Part shown: piece after piece, positions 33,779 through 42,586 of the stretch
Layout: the number at the start of each line of letters is the position of its first letter
Numbering within the stretch: position 1 is the stretch's first letter
IMG/VR virus record: IMGVR_UViG_3300045988_126550
Coordinates: 64,001 to 128,000 of that record
Source: a virus
Direction: 5' to 3' (one strand)
Length of the DNA stretch: 64,000 nt
Program-made: the position numbers and the translations under genes
The notes under the pieces: generated by a model
Told to the model about the DNA's origin: nothing
The model's database searches: none
What the model saw: only the letters and a program-made list of their open reading frames with translations

Positions 33779-36016
33779 ATGGTTGTTATTAAACGCGATG
33801 GCAGAGAAGTAGAATTTGATAAGAATAAAATTATTAATGCCATCAATAAAGCGTTTATCGAAATTGATAAAACGTTAAGTAGCGATGCAGAAGTAATTTC
33901 TAATAATATTGCAGATTTTATTGAGTCAAGAGATAGAACTATGTCTGTAGAAGAAATTCAAGATATTGTGGAACATAAACTAATGGCAAGCAAGCGTAAA
34001 GACGTTGCAAAAACTTATGTAAAATATAGATATTTACGAGGAATGGCGAGAGACCAGTACAAAGAATTGATGGATACGGTTGCGGAAAAGTTAACAGCAA
34101 CAAATGTTCAAAACCAAAATGCTAATGTGGATGAAGCTTCATTTGGCGGAAGAACTGGAGAAGCAACAGATGTTGTAACGAGAAGTTACGCACTGAATTA
34201 TTTAGTATCTCCAATGGCGAAAGAAAACCATATGAATAATGAAATTTATATTCATGATCTTAATGCTTATGCAGTTGGTAGTCACAATTGTTTAAGCATT
34301 CCATTTGATGATTTACTTGCAAATGGGTTTAATACGAGACAAACTGATGTTAGACCGGCACAAAGTGTAAATACTGCATTCCAACTTGTAGCTGTTATTT
34401 TTCAGTTACAGAGTCTTCAACAATTTGGTGGAGTTTCCGCCACTCACTTAGACTGGACGATGGTTCCTTATGTAAGAAAGAGCTTTTGGAAACATTATAG
34501 AGATGGAATGTTGTATCTAGAAAAAGATAATAATTCTGAAATATTTACAATGAAGGCTTCTGATTATGATAGAAGTATTGATGATGAGTTCTGGAAAGTC
34601 TACAGTAAGGCTTATAAATATGCAATTGACATGACAGAACGAGAGTGCTATCAGGCAGTTGAGGGTATGTATCACAATTTAAATACACTTCAAAGTAGGT
34701 CTGGAAATCAGCTTCCTTTTACTTCAATCAACTATGGCACATGCACACTTCCTGAAGGACGAATGGTAACAAAGGCTTTACTTGATGTTTTAATCAAAGG
34801 CATAGGTAAACTTCATCGTACTAGCATTTTCCCTTGTGGTATCTTCCAGTGTATGAAAGGTGTGAACCGTAAGCCAGGAGAACCTAATTACGATTTGTTC
34901 CAACTTGCGCTAAAGTCTACAAGCCTTAGACTTTATCCTAATTATGCCAATGTAGATTGGAGTAATAATGCTGGATATGATATTAATGATCCAAGGACAT
35001 ACTTCAGTACAATGGGTTGCAGAACTGCAAATGGGTATGACATTAATGGTTTTGGACAACTCAAAGATGGCAGGGGAAATATTTGTCCCGTTACAATTAT
35101 TATGCCAACCTTGGCGATGGAAGCTAAAGAAGCTGCTCTCAAAAATTCAGAGCCATTTGAAGAAGATTTGGAAGGATTGGCTATTGATAATTTTATGAAG
35201 CTTCTTAATAAAAAAATTAATGAAGCGAAAGACATGCTTCTTGAACGTTTCAATTGGATTTGTAGTCAATCTCCAGAGTCTGCAAAGTTTATGTATGAAA
35301 ATAATGTAATGGCTGGATATGTCCCAGAAGAAGGTATTCGTTCCGCTCTAAAACATGGCACTCTTGCACTTGGTCAACTTGGTCTTGCGGAAACTTTACA
35401 AATTTTAATTGGATGCGACCATACTACAGACAAAGGTATGGAGCTTGCAAAGTGTATTGAACAGCTATTCAAAGATAGATGTGCAGAGTTTAAAAATGAA
35501 TATCATCTTAATTTTGGTGTCTATTATACTCCTGCAGAAAATCTTTGTTATACAGCTATGAAGAAGTTTAAGGAAAAGTATGGAGTAATTCCAAATGTAT
35601 CTGATAAAGATTTCTTCACCAATTCAATTCATGTTCCCGTTTGGAAAGAAGTTAATCCATTTGAAAAGATTGATATTGAATCGCAGTTAACTGGATATTC
35701 AAATGCTGGCTGTATTACTTATATTGAATTAGACAGTACTTGCAAGAATAATATTGAAGCCCTTGAGACCATTGTTAATTATGCAATGGATAAGGATATT
35801 CCTTATTTTGCAATTAATGTTCCAAATGACCAGTGTATGAGTTGTGGTTATTGTGATGAGATGAATGATGTTTGTCCAATGTGTAATAGTAACGATATTA
35901 AAAGACTTCGTCGCGTAACTGGTTATTTAACTAATGACTATAAGACGGCGTTTAATAAAGGTAAGCAGCAAGAAGTAGAAATGCGTGTAAAACACGATAA
36001 GATTATCAGCAGGTGA
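33779..36016 (+). CDS. nrdD: anaerobic ribonucleoside-triphosphate reductase
   Basis: ATP-cone VIKRDGREVEFD, C-terminal Zn site CMSCGY...CPMC and glycyl-radical motif RRVTGY. Confidence 0.9.
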   Translation: MVVIKRDGREVEFDKNKIINAINKAFIEIDKTLSSDAEVISNNIADFIESRDRTMSVEEIQDIVEHKLMASKRKDVAKTYVKYRYLRGMARDQYKELMDTVAEKLTATNVQNQNANVDEASFGGRTGEATDVVTRSYALNYLVSPMAKENHMNNEIYIHDLNAYAVGSHNCLSIPFDDLLANGFNTRQTDVRPAQSVNTAFQLVAVIFQLQSLQQFGGVSATHLDWTMVPYVRKSFWKHYRDGMLYLEKDNNSEIFTMKASDYDRSIDDEFWKVYSKAYKYAIDMTERECYQAVEGMYHNLNTLQSRSGNQLPFTSINYGTCTLPEGRMVTKALLDVLIKGIGKLHRTSIFPCGIFQCMKGVNRKPGEPNYDLFQLALKSTSLRLYPNYANVDWSNNAGYDINDPRTYFSTMGCRTANGYDINGFGQLKDGRGNICPVTIIMPTLAMEAKEAALKNSEPFEEDLEGLAIDNFMKLLNKKINEAKDMLLERFNWICSQSPESAKFMYENNVMAGYVPEEGIRSALKHGTLALGQLGLAETLQILIGCDHTTDKGMELAKCIEQLFKDRCAEFKNEYHLNFGVYYTPAENLCYTAMKKFKEKYGVIPNVSDKDFFTNSIHVPVWKEVNPFEKIDIESQLTGYSNAGCITYIELDSTCKNNIEALETIVNYAMDKDIPYFAINVPNDQCMSCGYCDEMNDVCPMCNSNDIKRLRRVTGYLTNDYKTAFNKGKQQEVEMRVKHDKIISR

Positions 36017-36020
36017 TTCT

Positions 36021-36554
36021 ATGAATTATTTAGGGATTAGTAAATGTTCCATCGCAGATGGCACAGGAGTACGAGTAGTACTCTGGGTCTCTGGATGCAA
36101 TATACATTGTCAAGGGTGCCAGAATCCAGAATCATGGGACTTTAATGCTGGTAATATTTTTGATGAAGCTGCTAAAGAAAGGCTATTTGAAGCATTAAAT
36201 CATTCATGGGTAAAAGGATTAACAATATCTGGCGGGCATCCTTTAGAATATAATAATTTACCAGATGTATATGATCTTGTCAAAGAGGTTAAAGAAAAAT
36301 TTCCAGATAAGGATATTTGGCTATACACTGGATATACATTAAAAGATAGTGATTTTGATACAACAGTTGACGTTGGTTTTGATAACGGCCTATTAGCAAA
36401 CTATATTCTGGCGCTGTGTGATGTTGTAGTTGATGGGCCTTATGTTGAAAGTCTTAGAGATGTTTCTCTAAAATTTCGAGGCTCTGCCAACCAGAGACTT
36501 ATTGACGTAAAGAAAACAATTGAACAATACAAAATTAATTTATTGGAGGAATAA
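36021..36554 (+). CDS. nrdG: anaerobic RNR activating enzyme (radical SAM)
   Basis: DGTGVRVVLWVSGCNIHCQGCQNPE. Confidence 0.9.
   Translation: MNYLGISKCSIADGTGVRVVLWVSGCNIHCQGCQNPESWDFNAGNIFDEAAKERLFEALNHSWVKGLTISGGHPLEYNNLPDVYDLVKEVKEKFPDKDIWLYTGYTLKDSDFDTTVDVGFDNGLLANYILALCDVVVDGPYVESLRDVSLKFRGSANQRLIDVKKTIEQYKINLLEE
36525..36538 (+). promoter_or_regulatory. CAATACAAAATTAA element inside the 3' end of nrdG
   Basis: Exact 14-mer, 6 nt before GGAGG preceding the HNH gene region. Confidence 0.5.
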
Positions 36555-36580
36555 AATATGGATAACAAGGTGGTGAATAA

Positions 36581-37324
36581 ATGGTTAAAGTAACGAATAA
36601 TTTAATTGACAAAATATTCGGAAGGCTTACCGTCATAAAACAAGGCGAAGATTATATATGCCCAAATGGAAAACATGTTGCACAGTGGTATTGCAAATGT
36701 AGCTGCGGTAATCAAGATCTTAAATTAATACGTGGATCTAGTCTAACAAGTGGTAAAACAAAGTCGTGTGGATGTTTATCGAAAGAAAATGGAATTAAAC
36801 AAGGAAAAAAGTTTAAAAAATATAATAAATATGATTTATCTGGAGAATATGGAATTGGATATACTAACAAAAATGAAGAATTTTGGTTCGATATTGAAGA
36901 CTATGATAAGATACGAAACTATTGTTGGTATTATAATTCAAATGGTTATGTATGTTCACAAGATGAAGAACATAAGCACATCTATTTACATCGATTAATA
37001 ATTGGGGTAACAGATCCCATGATAGTAATAGACCATATTAAACATCCAGCAAATAAAGAACATAAAGTGGATAATAGAAAATCAAATTTAAGAAAAGTCA
37101 CACAGGTTGAAAATAATAGAAATAAACATAAGCAGATAAACAATATTAGCGGCACTTCTGGTGTCTATTATGATAATAAAAATAAAAAATGGGTGGCTCA
37201 AATTAGTTTGAATAATAGAACAAAATATGTTGGACAATCTAACGATATACAGGATGCAATTGACATTAGAAAAGAAGCGGAACAAAAATATTATCAAGAA
37301 TATGCATTTAATATAAATAATTAA
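36581..37324 (+). CDS. HNH homing endonuclease with an AP2-type DNA-binding domain
   Basis: N-terminal FGRLTVI...WYCKCSCG...SCGC module. IDHIKHPANKEHKVDNRKSNLR equals HNH_3. SGVYYDNKNKKWVAQISL equals AP2. Confidence 0.75.
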   Translation: MVKVTNNLIDKIFGRLTVIKQGEDYICPNGKHVAQWYCKCSCGNQDLKLIRGSSLTSGKTKSCGCLSKENGIKQGKKFKKYNKYDLSGEYGIGYTNKNEEFWFDIEDYDKIRNYCWYYNSNGYVCSQDEEHKHIYLHRLIIGVTDPMIVIDHIKHPANKEHKVDNRKSNLRKVTQVENNRNKHKQINNISGTSGVYYDNKNKKWVAQISLNNRTKYVGQSNDIQDAIDIRKEAEQKYYQEYAFNINN

Positions 37325-37337
37325 AGGAGAATGAGAC

Positions 37338-37646
37338 ATGAATAATAATATTAACACAAGAAAATATAGTTGTGCAGTATGTGGCAAAGAATATGATAGC
37401 ATTGAAGATCGCAATAAGTGTGAAGCTCAGTGCATTGCTGACCGCAAAAAGGCGGAAGCGGCACTTGCAAAGAAAAAGCTTGAGGACGAAAAAGCTGCTC
37501 GTAAGGCAGAAATTGATAAGAAGTACAAGGAACTAAATGTTCTTATCGACAATTATATCAAGGACTATGGCTCCATTCAGATTGGTGAGGCTCGTTATTT
37601 TGATGATTTCCCTGCGCTATCTAAGCTGCTTGGAGGTTGGTTTTAA
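37338..37646 (+). CDS. hypothetical Zn-finger / coiled-coil protein
   Basis: RBS aaaggag. CAVCG...CEAQC. Confidence 0.5.
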   Translation: MNNNINTRKYSCAVCGKEYDSIEDRNKCEAQCIADRKKAEAALAKKKLEDEKAARKAEIDKKYKELNVLIDNYIKDYGSIQIGEARYFDDFPALSKLLGGWF

Positions 37647-38152
37647 TGAATGTAAAGTTTGCAAAAGTAAGACCAAGCGCAAAGGCTCCAATTAAAGGAG
37701 ATGCTGGCAACATGTGCTTTGATTTCTTCCCTTGTTTTGAGCAGGACTGGATTGAAATTAAGCCATTTGAAGTGAAGCTGGTACCTACTGGTATTGCGAC
37801 CGCTTTTGATAACAGCCTAGGTCTAGTCTTTAGAGAGCGTGGCTCTACAGGGAAGATTAATCTCAAGGTTAATTCTGGTGTAGTAGACGCAAATTATAGA
37901 GGAGAAATTTTTGTGGCTCTCCTAAATTGTAATAAAGACAGGTCAATCTTTATTTCTAAATTTGGAGATACTGGAGAACAGTCTCCTTTGGCTGAACATC
38001 CAGATGGAATTCTTGTTCCATATGAAAAGGCTATTTGCCAAGGAATGTTTTTACCAGTTCCTGAAATTGAACTTGAAGAAATTGGTTTTAATGAGCTATC
38101 TCAAATTCCCTCTGCAAGAGGAGCAAATTGTCTTGGTAGTAGCGGGCGCTAA
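37646..38152 (+). CDS. dut: dUTP diphosphatase
   Basis: TAATG overlap. GDAGNMCFDF, GVVDANYRGEI and IPSARG..GSSG motifs. Confidence 0.8.
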   Translation: MNVKFAKVRPSAKAPIKGDAGNMCFDFFPCFEQDWIEIKPFEVKLVPTGIATAFDNSLGLVFRERGSTGKINLKVNSGVVDANYRGEIFVALLNCNKDRSIFISKFGDTGEQSPLAEHPDGILVPYEKAICQGMFLPVPEIELEEIGFNELSQIPSARGANCLGSSGR

Positions 38153-38165
38153 TTAAATAAAAAAT

Positions 38166-38198
38166 ACGGGACTACTGGAATAAAGCCAGTAGCCCCGT
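38166..38198 (+). terminator. terminator hairpin ending the + strand metabolic operon
   Basis: ACGGGACTACTGG / CCAGTAGCCCCGT with one bulge, followed by a weak U-tract. Confidence 0.55.
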
Positions 38199-38272
38199 AA
38201 AATTTATATATAACAATGCAACCATTTAAATAATTGCCATATTTATTTAAAAATATTCAAGGAGATGATATA

Positions 38273-38467
38273 ATGAAATATATTACCGTTAAACAATTAT
38301 ATGAACAATTAAACGCACAACATCAAGGTATAATAGGAATCAATTCTGTATATGATCTTGTCAAAAGAAAAGACTTTCCCTCCGTAAGAATCGGCAACAA
38401 ATTTCTTGTTATTGAAGATAAAGTTGATGCATGGTTCGAAAAGAAAACTTTAGCTTATAAAAAATAA
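38273..38467 (+). CDS. xis: excisionase-family helix-turn-helix DNA-binding protein
   Basis: ATG 38273 after aaggag. ITVKQL...VYDLVKRKDFPSVRIGNKFLV. Confidence 0.65.
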   Translation: MKYITVKQLYEQLNAQHQGIIGINSVYDLVKRKDFPSVRIGNKFLVIEDKVDAWFEKKTLAYKK

Positions 38468-38469
38468 TA

Positions 38470-38485
38470 TTGCAATGCATTGCAA
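38470..38485. repeat. perfect 16-bp palindrome TTGCAATGCATTGCAA
   Basis: Self-complementary. Its 3' 10-mer TGCATTGCAA recurs at 40030-40039, after the int terminator. Confidence 0.8.
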
Positions 38486-38486
38486 G

Positions 38487-38522
38487 TTGTGGTACAATAA
38501 AATTGTGGTAAATGATGTGGTA
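38487..38522 (+). repeat. three direct (T/A)TGTGGTA repeats, candidate arm-type recombinase sites
   Basis: Copies at 38487-38494, 38503-38510 and 38515-38522. Confidence 0.55.
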
Positions 38523-38747
38523 AGGTTTTAAATTATGCTAAGTTGAAACCTGATAATATTAGCAATTTATCATCATTCTATATTTAGAAGATGATATTCC
38601 TCATATAGAAATGTTAGCATATTTTAAGTAGTACTTATAAATACACATAAAGCCTTATACTACAGTAGTTCGAACAGCATTATATTATTTTTAATTTCAC
38701 TAATAATCACTACAAATAATAATAAATTACGATTTATAATGGCGCAA

Positions 38748-38788
38748 TTGTGGTATTATTGTGGCACTAAAAATTGCCTTGACCACAT
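38748..38788 (+). repeat. two further TTGTGG(T/C)A repeats and one inverted copy
   Basis: 38748-38755 and 38759-38766 are direct; 38782-38788 (ACCACAT) is inverted. Confidence 0.55.
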
Positions 38789-38820
38789 CTAAAACACAAT
38801 ATATAATAATATATGATACA

Positions 38821-38834
38821 ATAATTTTGTATTG
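38821..38834 (-). promoter_or_regulatory. inverted copy (13 of 14) of the CAATACAAAATTAA element upstream of int
   Basis: The reverse complement of ataattttgtattg is CAATACAAAATTAT. It is embedded in the inverted repeat TACAATA...TATTGTA. Confidence 0.45.
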
Positions 38835-38857
38835 TATATTAAGAAAGAGGTGTGCTT

Positions 38858-40000
38858 ATGGCAAAGAAAAGAATGAACGGGGAAGGATCTTGGACGCAAA
38901 GAGAAAATGGGACTTGGAAGCTTTCAGTATCATATAAAGGAATAGGACGTAAATATTTTTATGGAGATAAAGTAACATGCCTGAAGAAGAAAAGAGAATT
39001 TGAAGCTTTAATGGGGTCTAATGTTGTAGGGGACAAGGATGTAATATTCAAAGATTTTGCAACATCATGGATAACAAGTGTAAAACAACCACTATTAAAA
39101 CCAACATCATATGATAGACTTGAAAGAGTGTTAGAACAAGATCTTTTCCCAAACATTGGAGATTTATCATTAAGACAAATAGATGGATATATTATACAAA
39201 AGTTTATTATTAATAGAATGAAAGAAGAAGGATATTCATTTAGTTCAATAAAGCTGGCATACTCTGTATTGGGAGAAATTTTAAAATATGCAGTATCAAG
39301 AAATAAAATTGATAAAAATCCAATTGGTGATGCCAGAGTTCCGAAAAGAACATTATTTGAAGAAAAAGAAAGAAGATTTTTATCAGAAAAAGAAAGGGAC
39401 GAATTTGTTAAAGCATGTTATGCAAAACATAAAAATGGAGAAAGGATATATAAATACGGTGGATTCTTCGTGTTCCTCCTTTATACTGGATGTAGGGTCG
39501 GAGAAGGACTTGCTCTTAAATGGTCTGATATTAACTTAGAAAAACGTACAGCATTTATTGGGCGTACATTAATTTATACAAAAGACAGATCCCCTAGCAA
39601 ATATAAAACAATGTTAATAGATCAACCATCAACAAAAAGTGGAACAAAAAGAACAATATATCTTTCCGATATGGCTATAAACGCATTAGAAGATATAGTA
39701 AAACAAATTGGATATGAACAAGATAAATATATAATGCATGCAGATAATGGCAACCCAATACACCCAAATAGTGCACAAGATAAATTTAGAAGAATTATTA
39801 AAAGATCTGGGATAGAACATTGTAGCTTGCATGCACTTAGGCATTCATTTGTAAGTCTTATGATAAACAATGGAGTACCAATTACAATGGTATCACAAAT
39901 GGTTGGTCATTCAAGCATCGATGTAACAGCAAGAGTATATTCTCATTTACTTCAAGAAACACAAATTGAATCCATGTCAATAATAAAAGAGCTTAAGTAA
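38858..40000 (+). CDS. int: tyrosine recombinase / phage integrase
   Basis: ATG 38858 after aaagagg. TGCRVGEGLAL..., HALRHSF, GHSSIDVTARVYSH (R..HxxR..Y). Confidence 0.9.
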   Translation: MAKKRMNGEGSWTQRENGTWKLSVSYKGIGRKYFYGDKVTCLKKKREFEALMGSNVVGDKDVIFKDFATSWITSVKQPLLKPTSYDRLERVLEQDLFPNIGDLSLRQIDGYIIQKFIINRMKEEGYSFSSIKLAYSVLGEILKYAVSRNKIDKNPIGDARVPKRTLFEEKERRFLSEKERDEFVKACYAKHKNGERIYKYGGFFVFLLYTGCRVGEGLALKWSDINLEKRTAFIGRTLIYTKDRSPSKYKTMLIDQPSTKSGTKRTIYLSDMAINALEDIVKQIGYEQDKYIMHADNGNPIHPNSAQDKFRRIIKRSGIEHCSLHALRHSFVSLMINNGVPITMVSQMVGHSSIDVTARVYSHLLQETQIESMSIIKELK

Positions 40001-40001
40001 G

Positions 40002-40030
40002 GAGTGGTTCTGACCACTCTTTTTATTTTT
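40002..40030 (+). terminator. rho-independent terminator
   Basis: GAGTGGT-tctg-ACCACTC followed by TTTTTATTTTT. Confidence 0.8.
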
Positions 40031-40076
40031 GCATTGCAAATGACACGGAGAGAGGTTAAAATAATATGAGAGGGGA

Positions 40077-40250
40077 GTGATAAATTTGGAAATAAAATCA
40101 ACTGAGACAACAAACTTCACATTACGTATGACGGTTTCACAACGCCTTGAACTTGAGTGCATAGCTAAAAAGCAAGGAAGAACGATCACGAATTTAATTA
40201 ATTACGTAATGAGTCAATATATCGAGGACTATAATCGAGCAAAAAAGTAG
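40077..40250 (+). CDS. 57-aa ribbon-helix-helix (CopG/Arc-like) protein (not in the track)
   Basis: GTG 40077 after gagagggga. NFTLRMTVSQRLELECIAKKQGRTITNLINYVMSQYI fits a beta-alpha-alpha RHH pattern. Confidence 0.5.
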   Translation: MINLEIKSTETTNFTLRMTVSQRLELECIAKKQGRTITNLINYVMSQYIEDYNRAKK

Positions 40251-40275
40251 GAGCCTGAGATTTCTCTCAGGCTCC
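40250..40275. terminator. bidirectional terminator at the convergence point of the + and - strand modules
   Basis: Perfect 11-bp stem GGAGCCTGAGA-tttc-TCTCAGGCTCC. Confidence 0.8.
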
Positions 40276-40281
40276 TAAATT

Positions 40282-40743
40282 TTAACCTCTTAACCATTCT
40301 TGACTTTCGTAATATTTAACTATTACATCATACATTTTTGTACCAAATGAATTACACCCCAATATCTCATGATATTTATAATAAATTTCATTTATATGCG
40401 TCATTTCTTCTGGGTATATTTTTATTCCACGTGCACATCTAGAAGCATATTCGGATAATTCTGCCTTAATTCTATCGCGTTCGTTCTCAAAAACTCTTTT
40501 ATCCAATGTTTTAATACGATCATCTATTTTATCTATACGTTCAAGAATCTCTCCAACATTGCCTTCGAGTGCTGTAATTTTAGCATTAATCTCTTTAACG
40601 GCGGCAGAAGTTTCACTTGCTTCAGATGTATGTTTAATCCAATTTACAATCTTTTTTCTTACTGGTTTAAAAATTGTAGTAACAAGTGCAATAAAGGCAG
40701 ATATGCAACCAATAACAGCGGCAATATCTTTAATTAATTCCAT
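40282..40743 (-). CDS. membrane-anchored coiled-coil protein
   Basis: N-terminal TM segment IAAVIGCISAFIALVTTIF, followed by heptad-rich sequence. Confidence 0.55.
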   Translation of the reverse strand: MELIKDIAAVIGCISAFIALVTTIFKPVRKKIVNWIKHTSEASETSAAVKEINAKITALEGNVGEILERIDKIDDRIKTLDKRVFENERDRIKAELSEYASRCARGIKIYPEEMTHINEIYYKYHEILGCNSFGTKMYDVIVKYYESQEWLRG

Positions 40744-40795
40744 AATAAATCACCCATTCATAATAAATTATCTCCTTTTAACCTTTTTATCATAA

Positions 40796-42568
40796 TCATT
40801 GATTCTTTTTTAATTCATCCACTTCTCGCTGCAGTTCTTGACATTTTTTCACCAATAAAGGGATAATCTCATCATATGCCAATGCATAGTTAAAACGTTC
40901 TTTGGTTGTATCATCTTCATCATAATAAACTATCCCAGTTTTCTGATTATTAATTCCAGCTTTTATCAGCGCTTGTTCAACGTCTTGTGCAACAAATCCA
41001 TAATGAATAATATCAGAATTGTCATTTGTTAATCTATACTGTACCGGGTGAAGAGAATCTATAATATCGATATTGACATCCTGAATATTATTTTTTAAGT
41101 TTCTATCGGAATCAATTATTGGAGACGACACAAAATGAGCATTCCAGAAGCAATCAAACCTTCCAGTATTATTGCTAACTTTTTGGGCATAACCACCAAC
41201 TGCAACAGAGTTATTGTCAGATGCTATATTGATTGGAAGATTTTTTGTCCCAACATGAGAGATTACTTCATGCACTCCTCCAACTGCATCCGATATCACA
41301 ATTTTAAAATCATATGCAGTATCTACCGCAAATTCTGTTTTATCAGTAAAAGTATATTCTGTTTTATTACTTGTATCATTTCTTATTATTACACTATTAG
41401 ATGAAAATGTAGAATCTAAACTTTTCTTATTATAAATAACAATTTTTACGGCATTTGTATTTTTAAGAGTATAAAACGATATATTAATTTTATGAGTTAC
41501 ATATACTCCAGCATTATTAATTGTGCCGTCAGAGTTACTTCTAAATGAATTGCAAGAAGTAATAACTGGGGGATTGTAATCTTCAACATTAATATATTGT
41601 GTTTTACTAGCAGTCCTTCCACGTGTATCTGTAATTGTTATAGTATATGCTTTACTTCCGCAAGTAGTCAAAATTGAGCTAGTTGCACTATACGTATTTG
41701 TAGAAGCCGCTGTCTCATAAGATAAATTTGGGCCACTGATAACGCATTTTTTAATAGTAGATCCATATACTCCAGAAACCGAAGCAGTCCACCTAACAGT
41801 TGAATTATTTTTAACATATAGTCCACAATTTTGCGGTTTTGTTGAGGCTATCGATGGATTAAAACTATTTATTACTGGCGCTATATTGGAAGGAATATTT
41901 AAAGTAAAATTAATAGATTTTTGTCCAACATTAGTCCCGCCGCTAAAGGTCGTACACCAAATTGTCCCATGCCCGGATGTTGCACTCGGTATTTGAGATG
42001 CCAAATCTAATGGAGGCGTCCACGATATAGATGAACTAGATGTCTGTGTCGCGAGAGTTCCAGTTTTATTACCAAATTGCCACGTTAGTGTATGGGTAAA
42101 AGAAGATACAGCTTTTGAAATAGAAATTGTTAATGGAGAACCCATGGTACTTCCGCTGACACTAATACTTGATGCTCTTGGTATTTGAGGGAGGTCTACA
42201 GAATAACCATACCTTGTACTGCTAATCGCATACGTATAAACTGCTGCTTCTGCCCAAGCTGTCAAAACAGCATTGCCATAAGAATTATGAGTTAAAGTAA
42301 AACTACCAGACCCTAACGTCGCTCCAACCCACATTTCAAATCTATCCGCTCTGCTATAAACAGTTGTTCCAGCTATATTAACAGTAACTGGGCCAGCCAT
42401 AACATATCCCCATGAGCCACCAGCAGACTTCACTGTCCAATAAATAGTGGATGTATTATTAGCCACACTTTGTGAAGAAGACCATTCTACTCTAATTCTA
42501 TTTGGATATACGCTACCAGCAGCATCGTATACACTTGTTTCAAACGCACCACTTGATGCAGTTGCCAT
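40796..42568 (-). CDS. tail fibre / receptor-binding protein with a C-terminal intramolecular chaperone (S74-like) domain
   Basis: ATG 42568 lies 8 nt after GGAGG (the track GTG 42577 overlaps the RBS). C-terminal IIHYGFVAQDVEQAL...LAYDEIIPLLVKKCQELQ. Confidence 0.7.
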   Translation of the reverse strand: MATASSGAFETSVYDAAGSVYPNRIRVEWSSSQSVANNTSTIYWTVKSAGGSWGYVMAGPVTVNIAGTTVYSRADRFEMWVGATLGSGSFTLTHNSYGNAVLTAWAEAAVYTYAISSTRYGYSVDLPQIPRASSISVSGSTMGSPLTISISKAVSSFTHTLTWQFGNKTGTLATQTSSSSISWTPPLDLASQIPSATSGHGTIWCTTFSGGTNVGQKSINFTLNIPSNIAPVINSFNPSIASTKPQNCGLYVKNNSTVRWTASVSGVYGSTIKKCVISGPNLSYETAASTNTYSATSSILTTCGSKAYTITITDTRGRTASKTQYINVEDYNPPVITSCNSFRSNSDGTINNAGVYVTHKINISFYTLKNTNAVKIVIYNKKSLDSTFSSNSVIIRNDTSNKTEYTFTDKTEFAVDTAYDFKIVISDAVGGVHEVISHVGTKNLPINIASDNNSVAVGGYAQKVSNNTGRFDCFWNAHFVSSPIIDSDRNLKNNIQDVNIDIIDSLHPVQYRLTNDNSDIIHYGFVAQDVEQALIKAGINNQKTGIVYYDEDDTTKERFNYALAYDEIIPLLVKKCQELQREVDELKKNQ

Positions 42569-42586
42569 ATTGCTCACCTCCTATAA

